A stretch of 64,000 nucleotides of DNA from Minisyncoccota bacterium (GTDB lineage: Bacteria > Patescibacteriota > Minisyncoccia > Phycocordibacterales > UBA9973). Positions within the stretch are counted from its first letter, which is position 1; each line of letters begins with the position of its first letter. Location: NCBI GenBank assembly GCA_036517375.1, contig DATDWM010000018.1:9004-73003 (forward strand). Direction: 5' to 3'. The notes beneath the pieces were generated by a model. The model was not told the origin of the DNA and made no database searches. It saw only the letters and a program-made list of their open reading frames with translations. Shown piece by piece: positions 25,378 through 35,531 of this stretch. The position numbers and the translations under genes are program-made.

Positions 25378-27609
25378 TTACCCTTTTATTTTGTGTGGAT
25401 TATGCATTTTGCAACCCTTGTTACTACACCTTTCGGGGATGGTTTTTGTACCTTCCATTATAAGCGAGCTGCACTCTTTACAAATTTTCCCCGTGGGTTT
25501 AGCTTTAATTGCAAATTTACAGTCAGGGTAGTCGGAGCAAGAATAAAATATTCCAAATCTCCCTCGGCGTTCCATAATTTTACCCTTGTTACAGGTGGGG
25601 CAGGTGACGTCAGTCATTTTTCTTTTTAGTTCTTCCTCGTCTTGCTTAATAAATTTACACTTTGGGTAGCGAGAGCAGGCGATGAAAGTGCCACCGCCGT
25701 CCCGTCTTTCCTTAATAACGAGTTTCCCTCCGCCAGATTTACCCCTCTTCTCGCCACAAAGCGGACACATTTCACCAGTTTCCACTGGGCCTTTCAGTTC
25801 CGTACCGTCAAGCATAAGCGCGCCGTCGCAGTCGGGGTATTTAGAACAGGAGTAGAATTTCCCAGCGCGGGAGAGTTTAATTATCATAGCGCTGGCACAT
25901 TTCGGACATTTAATATTATCTGGCGCAACGCCTAAGTTTGTAGCTTTCTCTAGCGCTTCTTTTGATTTTACTTCTTTTAGGAATGGCCCGTAGAAATCTT
26001 TCAGAGTTTTTTCATATTCGCGTTCACCGCGGGAGATCTCGTCCAGCTCATCCTCCATAGTGGCCGTAAAGGTATCAGAAATATACTCCGCGAAATGTTT
26101 TTCTAAAAAGTCCGATACCACCTCACCCACATCTGTAGGGAACAAAGTCTTACCCTCTTTCCGTACATAGCCCCGGTCTTCAATGGTGCGCATGATGGAG
26201 GCATAGGTCGAAGGGCGGCCGATGCCACGGCTCTCGAGCTCCTTCACAAGTCCGGCTTCACTGTAACGGGAGGGTGGCTCAGTAAACTTTTCCTCGCTAG
26301 TCAAATCCAGTAGTTTTAATTTTTCTCCGGCTTTACATATTGGAAGTTCCACATCTTCACTTCGAGCCCCACTATCTACCTTGAGCCAGCCGGGAAAGAG
26401 GAGGCGCGAGCCGACAGCGCCGAAAGGAGGTAGGTCTTCGTGACCCTCTATAACTGCAATCACTTTTGTTTTTAACAGTTTAGCATCCGTCATCTGGGAG
26501 GACACTGCGCGCTCCCAGATTAAACGGTAGAGCCTGTCCTGGTCGTCATTACCAGTGTGGAGCTTTTCTACATGCGTTGGGCGGATAGCTTCGTGAGCTT
26601 CTTGAGCATTTTTGGATTTAGTTTTGTAAGTATGCGCTTCGGCGTATTCGGCTCCGTGTTCCTTTTTTATAAATGATAAAATCTGAGTCTGAGCGACAGC
26701 AGATAAATTTGTACTATCCGTACGCATATAAGTAATGTGCCCTTGTTCATAGAGCTTCTGTGCGATCTGCATAGTGCGAGAAGGGGAATATCCAAGTCGG
26801 GAGCTTGCAGTCTGCTGTAGGGTGGAGGTAGTAAATGGCGCGCGCGGAGAACGCTTTTGTTCAGATTCTTTTACGTCTTTAACCACCCAGGTACCATTTT
26901 TACCAACTTCCAAAATTTTATTTACTAGTTTTTCATCACGTGGTTCCTCACTACACTCTAAAGTAATTTTATCTTTACGGATGGTTTCAAAAATTCCAAG
27001 TAGCTTCCAATACTTTTCTGGAATAAATGCGCGGATCTCGCGCTCGCGTTCCATAATTATCCGCAAAGCTGGGGATTGAACACGGCCAGCCGAGAGCCCG
27101 TAACGAACTTTTTTCCAGATCAGTCCTGAGAGGTCATAGCCCACCAGTCGGTCGAGTACACGCCTAGCTTCCTGGGCCTTACGCAGGGATGTGTCAATCT
27201 TGCGCGGATGCTTTAGCGCTTCTTCTACAGCTTCTTTGGTAATTTCATGGAAAGTTACTCGCTCTATCGGAGCCTTAACCTTTTTATCTTGCTTAAGGAG
27301 GGTTTCGATATGCCAAGCGATAGCTTCACCCTCACGGTCGGGGTCGGTAGCTAATACTATAGAATTCGCTTTCTCTGCTAATTCCTGTAAATCATGCACC
27401 ACTTTTTCTTTACCCTTGGAAATTTCATAGAATGGAATAAAGCCACCCTCGATGTCGATGGCCTTCTTGTTGGACTTAGGTAAGTCCCGCACATGTCCTA
27501 CCGACGCGCGTACGGTAAAGCGGTCTGCCTTTGAAACAGATCCGTCGTCGAGATATTTTTCTATCGTCTTCGCTTTTGACGGAGACTCAACAATTAATAA
27601 TTTCATCAA
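25378..27609 (-). CDS. topA: DNA topoisomerase I
   Basis: IVESPSKA, ATDPDREGE, SAGRVQS, ITYMRTDS, C-terminal Zn ribbons. Confidence 0.96.
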   Translation of the reverse strand: MMKLLIVESPSKAKTIEKYLDDGSVSKADRFTVRASVGHVRDLPKSNKKAIDIEGGFIPFYEISKGKEKVVHDLQELAEKANSIVLATDPDREGEAIAWHIETLLKQDKKVKAPIERVTFHEITKEAVEEALKHPRKIDTSLRKAQEARRVLDRLVGYDLSGLIWKKVRYGLSAGRVQSPALRIIMEREREIRAFIPEKYWKLLGIFETIRKDKITLECSEEPRDEKLVNKILEVGKNGTWVVKDVKESEQKRSPRAPFTTSTLQQTASSRLGYSPSRTMQIAQKLYEQGHITYMRTDSTNLSAVAQTQILSFIKKEHGAEYAEAHTYKTKSKNAQEAHEAIRPTHVEKLHTGNDDQDRLYRLIWERAVSSQMTDAKLLKTKVIAVIEGHEDLPPFGAVGSRLLFPGWLKVDSGARSEDVELPICKAGEKLKLLDLTSEEKFTEPPSRYSEAGLVKELESRGIGRPSTYASIMRTIEDRGYVRKEGKTLFPTDVGEVVSDFLEKHFAEYISDTFTATMEDELDEISRGEREYEKTLKDFYGPFLKEVKSKEALEKATNLGVAPDNIKCPKCASAMIIKLSRAGKFYSCSKYPDCDGALMLDGTELKGPVETGEMCPLCGEKRGKSGGGKLVIKERRDGGGTFIACSRYPKCKFIKQDEEELKRKMTDVTCPTCNKGKIMERRGRFGIFYSCSDYPDCKFAIKAKPTGKICKECSSLIMEGTKTIPERCSNKGCKMHNPHKIKG

Positions 27610-27645
27610 GGCTAAGTATTACACGAAATAGTTTTTAAACGCAAA

Positions 27646-28512
27646 TTAAGCCAACCTGATTTCACCCAATTCTTCTTTTATTATTTCTTTTATTTCCATT
27701 ATTGAAAGGAGCGCATTGGCGTCCGGAGTGCTCATCTTCATCTTTTTAATTAACTCGTTTCTTTCCACTGGTTCCCGCAATAATTCCACCACCCTTTTTT
27801 CTTCTAGTGACAAATCCGCAAAGAGTTTGGCTTGCTTCTCTTCCGGCTTGTCTAATGTAAATCCTAATGCTTCTAGAACCTCTTCCGCTGAGGTTACCGG
27901 CGTAGCACCCTGGCGTAACAGCCTATTTGTACCTTGAGAATTAGGAGAGAAGATTGAGCCAGGTACTACTAAGAGATCCCTATTATATTCGGTTGTAAGC
28001 CGTGCGGTAATTATTGTTCCTGATTTTTCTGCTGCCTCAATTATTAGCGTTGCTTTGGAAAGTCCCGCCATTAATCTATTCCTTTTTCCAAAGCTCCAGA
28101 GAGTTGCCTTGAAGTCCGGTGGAAATTCTGAAATTAAACATCCACCACTCTCCACCACATCCGCTGCGAGTTTTACGTTGGTCTTGGGGTACATTGCCTC
28201 TGGAGAGAGTCCGGAACCAGGGAATACTAAAATTTTAAGTCCCACGTCAAGTGCTTTCTTGTGCGCAATAGCATCTATGCCCATAGCGAGTCCGGAAACT
28301 ATTACAATAGGATATCCCCGAAGTCCTGCAATTATTTTTTCACAGGCATCGCGTCCATAGGAAGTAAACTTCCGGGAGCCCACAACGCACAAATAAATAT
28401 AATTAGCGGGAGGCATCTCGCCCATAACCCATAGATCTTTGGGCGGTTGCGGGATTTCCAGAAGGGCTTTAGGAAATTCTTCTTTTGGAAGTTTTTCAAT
28501 AGGGTTCTTCAT
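27646..28512 (-). CDS. dprA: DNA-processing protein DprA
   Basis: VVGSR, SGLAMGIDAIAH, RNRLMAGLS, SGTIITA; start taken at ATG 28512. Confidence 0.92.
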   Translation of the reverse strand: MKNPIEKLPKEEFPKALLEIPQPPKDLWVMGEMPPANYIYLCVVGSRKFTSYGRDACEKIIAGLRGYPIVIVSGLAMGIDAIAHKKALDVGLKILVFPGSGLSPEAMYPKTNVKLAADVVESGGCLISEFPPDFKATLWSFGKRNRLMAGLSKATLIIEAAEKSGTIITARLTTEYNRDLLVVPGSIFSPNSQGTNRLLRQGATPVTSAEEVLEALGFTLDKPEEKQAKLFADLSLEEKRVVELLREPVERNELIKKMKMSTPDANALLSIMEIKEIIKEELGEIRLA

Positions 28513-28555
28513 GCTGGTTTTGTAATTATACAAGTATTACTATATAATACAAAAC

Positions 28556-29821
28556 ATGTTAGACATCAAGTTTATTCGTGAAAACAAGGAGATAGTGCAA
28601 GCCGGAGCCAAGAAGAAGCTGGTGGATATTGATATTGAAAAGCTACTAGCTCTCGACGACGAGCGTCTAAGTGAGCTCAAAGCTATTGAAGATTTACGCG
28701 CAGAAGTAAACCGCGTGTCGAATGACATCAGCCGCGACCAGGAATCCGCGCTCAAAGTTCAGCTGATTGAAGAAATGCGTTCAGTAAAAGAAGACATCAA
28801 GAGTAAGGAGGAAAAACTGAAGGGGATTATGGAAGAATGGCAGAAGATCATGCTCCAGGTTCCAAATGTTCCTGACATGTCAGTACCGGAAGGGGGTGGT
28901 GAAGAAGATAATAAAGAAATAAAATCTTGGGGCGAGAAACCTGTGTTTGATTTTGAACCGAAAAATCACATTGAGCTCATGGTGGCTTTGGATATGGCTG
29001 ATTTTGAACGAGGAACCAAGGTCCATGGCTTCCGAGGATACTTTTTAAAAAATGATGGGGCTCTACTTTCTTGGGCAATTTGGAATTATGCGCAGGAATT
29101 CTTTTTAAGTAAAAATTTTAATCCGTTTATTGCGCCTGCTATCGTGAATAAAGAATATTTTTTTGGTACAGGACATTTACCTGGTAGCGCTGAAGATATT
29201 TTCCAAACTCAAGATGGGCAATATTTAGCGGGCACAGCGGAAGTGCCGATGATGGCATACCACGCAAACGAAATATTTGCGCAAAATGAATTGCCAAAAC
29301 GATACCTTGCGTTTTCACCTTGTTACAGACGCGAAGCGGGAGCTCATTCAAAAGACGTGAAAGGACTCATACGCGTGCATGAATTTTACAAACTTGAACA
29401 GCTTATTTTATGTGAAGCAAACCACGAAGAATCTGTAAAATTCCATGAGGAGTTAAATAGAAACACAGAAGAATTCGTAGAATCTTTAAGGATTCCGTAC
29501 AGGCAAGTTGTCATATGCACTGGTGATTTAAAGACAGCGCACGTGAAGTCATATGATACTGAGCTTTGGGTCCCGAAAGAGGGCACTTATCGTGAAATAG
29601 GAAGCGCGTCATATTATCATGATTTCCAAACAAGAAGATTTAATACAAGATATCGAGACGAAACAGGAAAAATAAAATACATGCACTCGCTAAATGCTAC
29701 AGCCATACCAACTCCAAGGATATTAGTTTCCTTAGTTGAGAATTTCCAGCAGGCAGACGGTTCCGTGATGATTCCAGAAGTTTTGCGTAAATATATGGGT
29801 GGCAGAGAATTTATTAAGTAG
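28556..29821 (+). CDS. serS: serine--tRNA ligase
   Basis: MLDIKFIR, GTAE, CYRREAG, RVHEF, REIGSAS, HSLNAT. Confidence 0.96.
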   Translation: MLDIKFIRENKEIVQAGAKKKLVDIDIEKLLALDDERLSELKAIEDLRAEVNRVSNDISRDQESALKVQLIEEMRSVKEDIKSKEEKLKGIMEEWQKIMLQVPNVPDMSVPEGGGEEDNKEIKSWGEKPVFDFEPKNHIELMVALDMADFERGTKVHGFRGYFLKNDGALLSWAIWNYAQEFFLSKNFNPFIAPAIVNKEYFFGTGHLPGSAEDIFQTQDGQYLAGTAEVPMMAYHANEIFAQNELPKRYLAFSPCYRREAGAHSKDVKGLIRVHEFYKLEQLILCEANHEESVKFHEELNRNTEEFVESLRIPYRQVVICTGDLKTAHVKSYDTELWVPKEGTYREIGSASYYHDFQTRRFNTRYRDETGKIKYMHSLNATAIPTPRILVSLVENFQQADGSVMIPEVLRKYMGGREFIK

Positions 29822-29831
29822 CTAAAATCGT

Positions 29832-30674
29832 ATGTTAAAGAGAAACGCATTAAACTCTCCACGTCTTTTGGAATTAAAACGAAAGAGGCAAAATGCCTTC
29901 CGTAATAAAATATTATTTTTTGTTTTCCTGCTCATCTTGCTTATCATAGGGAGCGTGTATCTTTCTAGAATATCCGGACTCAACATTAAGGGGGTAGAAA
30001 TCTCAGGTAATAATGTAGTTGATACTGAAAATATTAAAGAAGTGGTGAACGAAAAGTTAACTGGGAAATATTTGTGGTTTTTCCCCAGGACTAATGTTTT
30101 GTTCTATCCTAGTGATAAAATCAAAACTGATTTATACGAAAAATTCCAAGGATTACAAGATATTAATCTCCGCATAAATAGTAAAGGGGTTCTGGAAATT
30201 TCAGTTTCAGAAAGAAGCGCCATCTATACTTGGTGTGGTAAAGTACCACTGGATGCGGGTGGGGTTACCCAGAAATGTAATTTTATGGATAAAGATGGTT
30301 ACGTCTTTGACGAAGCGCCGTATTTTTCTGGAGAAGTTTATTTCAAGTTTTATGGCGGAGCCTTAGAGAAACCAAGTCCTATTTTCAGCCAGCTTGTTTT
30401 ATTTAAAGAAAATCTAGAAAAAAACGGACTAAAAATTAGCTCTATTTATGTGGCTGATGATGGCGACGGCAAGGTGTTTCTTTCTTCCGCGGGTAAATCC
30501 GCGACAGAAGGACAAATACTTTTTAAAACAGATGCGGACTTAGAAATAGTAGTAGTGAATTTAGTCACAGCGCTAGCAGCCGAGCCACTTAAAAGTGAGT
30601 TTAAAAACAAGTATTCCTTACTTTCGTATATTGATCTAAGGTTTGGGAATAAAGTTTACTATAAGTTCAAATGA
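29832..30674 (+). CDS. cell division FtsQ/DivIB-like protein
   Basis: Basic N-terminus, single TM, POTRA-like region, C-terminal YIDLRF. Confidence 0.7.
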   Translation: MLKRNALNSPRLLELKRKRQNAFRNKILFFVFLLILLIIGSVYLSRISGLNIKGVEISGNNVVDTENIKEVVNEKLTGKYLWFFPRTNVLFYPSDKIKTDLYEKFQGLQDINLRINSKGVLEISVSERSAIYTWCGKVPLDAGGVTQKCNFMDKDGYVFDEAPYFSGEVYFKFYGGALEKPSPIFSQLVLFKENLEKNGLKISSIYVADDGDGKVFLSSAGKSATEGQILFKTDADLEIVVVNLVTALAAEPLKSEFKNKYSLLSYIDLRFGNKVYYKFK

Positions 30675-30752
30675 GACAAAAAATGAAAATTTATTTACAC
30701 TTTAGTCGAATGCAGAATTTATATTGTACCCAGTTATATAAGTTCAAATGAG
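30660..30752. repeat. 16-bp direct repeat
   Basis: TATAAGTTCAAATGAG at 30660-30675 and 30737-30752. Confidence 0.8.
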
Positions 30753-31782
30753 GATGAAAAACTTTTGGAAAGAGTTAAAGAAACCTATTTTCGTATTGGC
30801 GCCAATGGCAGATGTTACCGACTATGCTTACCGGCAAGTTATTAGGAAGTATGGGAAACCCGATGTTTTCTGGACTGAGTTCGTCTCCGCGGATGGACTG
30901 GCGCACCCGGTGGCGCGTGAGAAGCTCTTAATTGATTTGAAATATTCTCAAAACGAGCATCCGATAGTCGCGCAGATCTTCGGCGGGAAACCAGAAAATA
31001 TTAAAGTAGCTTCGGCGCTATGCCTTGAGCTAGGCTTTGACGGTGTTGATATTAACATGGGCTGTCCAGATAAGTCAGTAGAGAAGCAGTGTGCTGGCGC
31101 AGCCATGATGCGGGATGTGGAACTTGCTAAGAAAATAATTAGAGCCGCTAAAGTAGGGGCAGAGTCCGCGGGTCAGGGGATACCTGTGTCGGTAAAGACT
31201 CGCATTGGATATAATAAAAATGAAATAGAAACTTGGATACCAGCACTCCTAGAAGAAGATTTAGCAGTGCTTACAGTGCATCTGCGAACTCGCAAAGAAA
31301 TGTCTAATGTTCCGGCTCACTGGGATGTGATGAAAAGAATCATTGAAATCCGAGATGAAATGAAAGTAGAAACTTTAATTTTAGGAAATGGGGATGCGGT
31401 AGACTTGAAAGATGCACAGCAAAAGGTGAAAGACTTTGGCTGTGATGGAGCCATGCTCGGCCGAGCAATATTTGGCAATCCGTGGTTGTTTGGTAAAATC
31501 CATACTGGTTTTTTGTCGCTACGTACGGCCGAGCCGAATTCCTCTCTCCAAAAAATAAGTAAGGATTTTATTGAAAACAAGTTAAAGGTGATGACAGAAC
31601 ATACGAAACTTTTTGAAGAAATGCTCGGCCAATATAAAAACTTTGCAATAATGAAAAAGCACTATAAAGCGTACGTAAACGGCTTTGAGGGGGCAAAAGA
31701 ATTACGAATGAAGCTCATGGAGGCAGAAAATGCAGATCAGGTTGGTAATATTGTTAATGATTTTTTATTAAATTTGGGGTAG
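30748..31782 (+). CDS. dusB: tRNA-dihydrouridine synthase
   Basis: LAPMA, TEFVS, DINMGCP, VSVKTR, VHLRT, GNGD, MLGR. Confidence 0.88.
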   Translation: MRMKNFWKELKKPIFVLAPMADVTDYAYRQVIRKYGKPDVFWTEFVSADGLAHPVAREKLLIDLKYSQNEHPIVAQIFGGKPENIKVASALCLELGFDGVDINMGCPDKSVEKQCAGAAMMRDVELAKKIIRAAKVGAESAGQGIPVSVKTRIGYNKNEIETWIPALLEEDLAVLTVHLRTRKEMSNVPAHWDVMKRIIEIRDEMKVETLILGNGDAVDLKDAQQKVKDFGCDGAMLGRAIFGNPWLFGKIHTGFLSLRTAEPNSSLQKISKDFIENKLKVMTEHTKLFEEMLGQYKNFAIMKKHYKAYVNGFEGAKELRMKLMEAENADQVGNIVNDFLLNLG

Positions 31783-31791
31783 AATGGTTCC

Positions 31792-32859
31792 ATGCACGAC
31801 TTGGCATTATATCGTAAATATCGACCGAAAACCTGGAAAGATGTCTTGGGTCAAGACCACATAGTAGATATACTAGAGAGCTCTGTTATAAATAATAAAG
31901 TTTCTCACGCATATCTGTTTGTAGGCACACGTGGTACAGGTAAGACTTCAGTGGCTAGAATCTTTGCTACCGCCATTGGCGTATCGGTAAATGATTTGTA
32001 CGAAATAGATGCGGCTTCAAACAGGGGAATTGAGGACATCAAGATGCTTCGCGACGGAGTGCGGGTACTGCCTTTCGATTCCAAGTATAAGGTTTACATA
32101 ATAGATGAGGTGCATATGCTCTCCAAGGATGCCTGGGGAGCTCTTTTGAAAACTCTGGAAGAGCCACCGAAGCATGTGATTTTTATTTTAGCTACTACTG
32201 AGTTTCATAAAGTACCGGACACTATAATATCCCGTTGTCAGGTTTTTACTTTCAGAAAAGCTTCTGACGCGGTGCTTAAGAAGATGTTGCTTGATGTGGC
32301 AGAGTCTGAGGACTATGAATTAGATGCAAGTGGAGCGGAACTCTTGGCTATCCTGGGGGACGGTTCCTTCCGAAATGCCCTAGGTGAGCTTCAGAAAGTT
32401 TTAAACTTCCACAACAAGGAAGGCAAGGATACTAAAAGTAAAAAAAGTACAAAGATTTCAAAGGAAGATGTGGAAAAGATTACTGGCGCGCCGAAGACTA
32501 TTCTAGTAAATGATTTTATCTCTGCAATTGCTACAAAGAATATTGAGTTAGGTATGCGAGCCGTCAGGACTGCCTCCCAAGAAAATTTAGATATGAAGCT
32601 TTACTTCAAGCTTATCGTGGAGAAGTTCCGCTTGGCCATAATTCTACGCTATGCGCCGAATCTTGAGGAAGAAATGGCAGTAGATATGGGGGAGACGGAT
32701 TTAGAATTTTTAAAGGCCTTAGTTAAGGAAGACAAAGGGGGAATGCTCCGTTCCGCAGCACTCACTATGCTCCTCGAGGAGTACCAGAATATGGACAATG
32801 CCTTTATCGCAGAGCTACCGCTTGAGCTTGCCTTAGTGCGAATCTTGGGTTCCGATTAA
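31792..32859 (+). CDS. dnaX: DNA polymerase III gamma/tau, short form
   Basis: LYRKYRP, GTRGTGKT, EIDAAS, DEVHML, TIISRC. Confidence 0.93.
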   Translation: MHDLALYRKYRPKTWKDVLGQDHIVDILESSVINNKVSHAYLFVGTRGTGKTSVARIFATAIGVSVNDLYEIDAASNRGIEDIKMLRDGVRVLPFDSKYKVYIIDEVHMLSKDAWGALLKTLEEPPKHVIFILATTEFHKVPDTIISRCQVFTFRKASDAVLKKMLLDVAESEDYELDASGAELLAILGDGSFRNALGELQKVLNFHNKEGKDTKSKKSTKISKEDVEKITGAPKTILVNDFISAIATKNIELGMRAVRTASQENLDMKLYFKLIVEKFRLAIILRYAPNLEEEMAVDMGETDLEFLKALVKEDKGGMLRSAALTMLLEEYQNMDNAFIAELPLELALVRILGSD

Positions 32860-32868
32860 CTTTTTGAA

Positions 32869-33228
32869 TCAGTATTTATTTCCCAGATCCTTGTATACCA
32901 TGGTAGCGGAAAGCATATTTGCGAGCACTGCTCTGAAATAATTCCTTGAATGATTGTTTGACTTTCTTACGCTTACTTCGTACTTTCTAAAATCATCCAT
33001 GGAGATAGTGTCGGGTGTATGTTTTATCTTATACCACATGTCAGCATCTTCCTCGGTGAGCTCTGCAGGAATGACTTCATTTAGTTCTAAGGCACCCACA
33101 GGCCTGTTTTTCTTGTCGTTTTTCGAGGAGCGTATGAGTTCTGAAATTTGCATACGCCAGTTAGCCATGTTTATGGCTTCTGCGCCACCTAGCTTTGGAA
33201 CTTTATTTGGTTCTGGTATTTTATCCAT
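32869..33228 (-). CDS. hypothetical protein
   Basis: 119-aa ATG ORF filling the space between dnaX and tRNA-Gln; no motif recognised. Confidence 0.6.
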   Translation of the reverse strand: MDKIPEPNKVPKLGGAEAINMANWRMQISELIRSSKNDKKNRPVGALELNEVIPAELTEEDADMWYKIKHTPDTISMDDFRKYEVSVRKSNNHSRNYFRAVLANMLSATMVYKDLGNKY

Positions 33229-33282
33229 ATATCTTTATATTATTCCACATTTATGATACCCTTGTAAATACAATATCAACAT

Positions 33283-33353
33283 TGGGAGATCGTCTAATGG
33301 TAGGACAGCGGCCTTTGAAGCCGTGAATCATGGTTCGAGTCCATGTCTCCCAG
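33283..33353 (+). tRNA. tRNA-Gln(TTG)
   Basis: TGGGAGA/TCTCCCA acceptor, GCGGC-CTTTGAA-GCCGT anticodon arm, GTTCGAGT. Confidence 0.94.
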
Positions 33354-33381
33354 CAATCCTTCACCAAGGTTTCGTAGTTGT

Positions 33382-33819
33382 TTATGCAGCTTCAATGTGT
33401 TCCTTTTTACCTGTCTCTTTCTGCTCTTCTCCCATAGAGATACGTGGGTAAGCTTGTCTCATTTTATCGAGCGACTCAGCATCTCCCAACATTCGCAATG
33501 ATTCTGCAAATAAACGCTGGTCACTCATCTCATCGTGGTAGCGGTCAACTCCTTCAGGTCTAACATCACCGCGTAATATTACATATAATTTAATTTTTGG
33601 ATCAGTAATACCTTCTGCCTTGTTTAATTCAATTTTTGAAAATCTCGCAATTCCTTCTGCTTGTGCTATTAGTGTTTTATCAAATGTGGTTACACTCTCA
33701 GCTCTGGCAAGAGCACTTCTATAATCTTCCTCATTGATAATACCACCTAGCTTCTGATATCGATGATAGGACTCATCTTCTTTTTTATTAGGATACATTT
33801 CAAAAAAATTAGAATTCAT
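33382..33819 (-). CDS. hypothetical protein
   Basis: 145-aa ORF; TG-a-TATCAT 6 nt before ATG supports the start. Confidence 0.65.
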   Translation of the reverse strand: MNSNFFEMYPNKKEDESYHRYQKLGGIINEEDYRSALARAESVTTFDKTLIAQAEGIARFSKIELNKAEGITDPKIKLYVILRGDVRPEGVDRYHDEMSDQRLFAESLRMLGDAESLDKMRQAYPRISMGEEQKETGKKEHIEAA

Positions 33820-33999
33820 ATTAAAATGATATCATATCCAGTAAGAGTTAACAATAACCATCAACTCTGTAATTTGAGATATTATTACTAATTAAGGTTA
33901 CAATTTTGCACCAGACATCCAGCTCGTATTTTTAACATTATTTGGTATAATTATTTAGTCGAACTAAAAGCTTAAGGACTAGATTAAGAAAACAATATT

Positions 34000-34398
34000 A
34001 TGAAAGGATACATTGCAAACATAGAAAAAATAACGGAGGAAAATCAGAACTTTAGACAAGTACTGTATACTGCCAAGTACAGCCAGCTTGTCGTTATGAG
34101 CTTAAAATCTAACGAAGATATCGGGGAGGAAACTCACCAGCTTGATCAGTTTATAAGATGTGAGAGTGGGCAAGGGAAAGCCGTCTTAGATGGTGTTGAA
34201 CACGAAATCAGTGATGGATTTAGTGTTGTGGTGCCAGCCGGAACAAAGCATAACATTATAAATACTTCATCAGATAAACCTTTAAAACTTTACTCTTTGT
34301 ATTCTCCGCCAAACCACTTAGACGGCACGATTCATAAAACTAAAGCCGATGCACTGGCAGACGAAGGAGAACATTTTAATGGCGTAACAACAGAATAA
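34000..34398 (+). CDS. cupin domain protein
   Basis: IGEETH..DQF..ESGQG, VPAGTKHN. Confidence 0.88.
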   Translation: MKGYIANIEKITEENQNFRQVLYTAKYSQLVVMSLKSNEDIGEETHQLDQFIRCESGQGKAVLDGVEHEISDGFSVVVPAGTKHNIINTSSDKPLKLYSLYSPPNHLDGTIHKTKADALADEGEHFNGVTTE

Positions 34399-34431
34399 AA
34401 TTTCCCTTCGGCCATCGCTATTAGTAATTTC

Positions 34432-35202
34432 ATGAAAGAATTTTTAGTTTTTGGAATTAAACAAGCCCACGCGGCTATCTTCGCAGGATCTTTCTTTGTT
34501 CTGCTTTTTCTTTCAAATCATATTCCGCTTTTTGGACTTCCTAGGTACGACTTTTTATTCTTAGCTGCAGTGCTAATACAGGCAATACTTTATTTCACTA
34601 AAATGGAAACCAAGGACGAAGTAAAAGTTATCTTCTTATTTCACATAATTGGTTTAGTTTTAGAACTTTATAAAACACATCCCTCTGTCGGATCGTGGAG
34701 TTACCCTGAAGAGGCATTTTTAAAAATCGCCACAGTTCCTCTCTACAGCGGATTTATGTATGCAGCGATAGGAAGTTACATAAGTCAGTCCTGGAAAATA
34801 ATGAAGCTAGAGCTTACCAACTACTCACACTACGGACTAAGTGTTTTACTTTGCGGCCTAATTTACCTTAACTTTTTTACTAATCATTACATATATGACT
34901 TTAGAATATTTCTAATAATTGCTGTTTTTGCTTTCTTTTGGAAAACCAGAGTGTATTTCACGGTGACTAATATTCGCCGCTTCATGCCGATGAATTTAGC
35001 CTTTCTTTTGATAGCATTTTTTATTTGGATTGCGGAAAACATTTCCACTTATTTCGGCGCCTGGCAATATCCCAACCAAGTCCATGCGTGGAATGTAGTT
35101 TCTACAAGTAAAATAACTTCTTGGTTCTTAATGGTCATTATTAGCTTTATTTTAGTTGCGTACCTAAAACATTTCAAGAAAGATGTTTTAAAGAAATCCT
35201 AG
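34432..35202 (+). CDS. DUF817 (YoaT-like) membrane protein
   Basis: PRYD, FHIIG..ELYK, VPLYSGFMYAAIGSY, IWIAENI, YPNQ. Confidence 0.8.
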   Translation: MKEFLVFGIKQAHAAIFAGSFFVLLFLSNHIPLFGLPRYDFLFLAAVLIQAILYFTKMETKDEVKVIFLFHIIGLVLELYKTHPSVGSWSYPEEAFLKIATVPLYSGFMYAAIGSYISQSWKIMKLELTNYSHYGLSVLLCGLIYLNFFTNHYIYDFRIFLIIAVFAFFWKTRVYFTVTNIRRFMPMNLAFLLIAFFIWIAENISTYFGAWQYPNQVHAWNVVSTSKITSWFLMVIISFILVAYLKHFKKDVLKKS

Positions 35203-35238
35203 TTTATGAAAGTTGAGGAAATTTGATATACTAAATTA

Positions 35239-35529
35239 GTGAAAATTAATGTTGAAAATTTAAAAGGCACCCCGTTCCAGAAAAAAGTCTGGCAGGAGCT
35301 TTTGAGGATTCCGAAAGGTAAGACAATTACTTACCAGAACTTAGCTCATAAAGTAGGCATGCCTAAGGCGGTCCGGGCAGTGGCCAACGCTGTGGGGGCA
35401 AATCCTTTAATAATAAAAATTCCATGCCACCGAGTTGTGAGGAGTGATGGAACCCTAGGTGGCTATTCAGGTAAGGGTGGTATTAATACCAAAAGAGCGC
35501 TTTTAATTAAAGAAGGTGTAGAAATTTAA
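35239..35529 (+). CDS. ogt: methylated-DNA--protein-cysteine methyltransferase, C-terminal domain only
   Basis: GTPFQKKVW, IPKG, RAVANA, IPCHRV. Confidence 0.85.
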   Translation: MKINVENLKGTPFQKKVWQELLRIPKGKTITYQNLAHKVGMPKAVRAVANAVGANPLIIKIPCHRVVRSDGTLGGYSGKGGINTKRALLIKEGVEI

Positions 35530-35531
35530 AC

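Noticed and set aside
27521-27544. Imperfect palindrome in the topA N-terminus (DGSVSKADR)
   Set aside because: Only a short bulged stem; could be chance.
31509-31555. Possible degenerate repeat insertion in dusB (TGFLSLRTAEPNSSLQK)
   Set aside because: Looks like an insert with T6G/CA6 flanks but has no clean internal palindrome or second copy in the window; needs an alignment.
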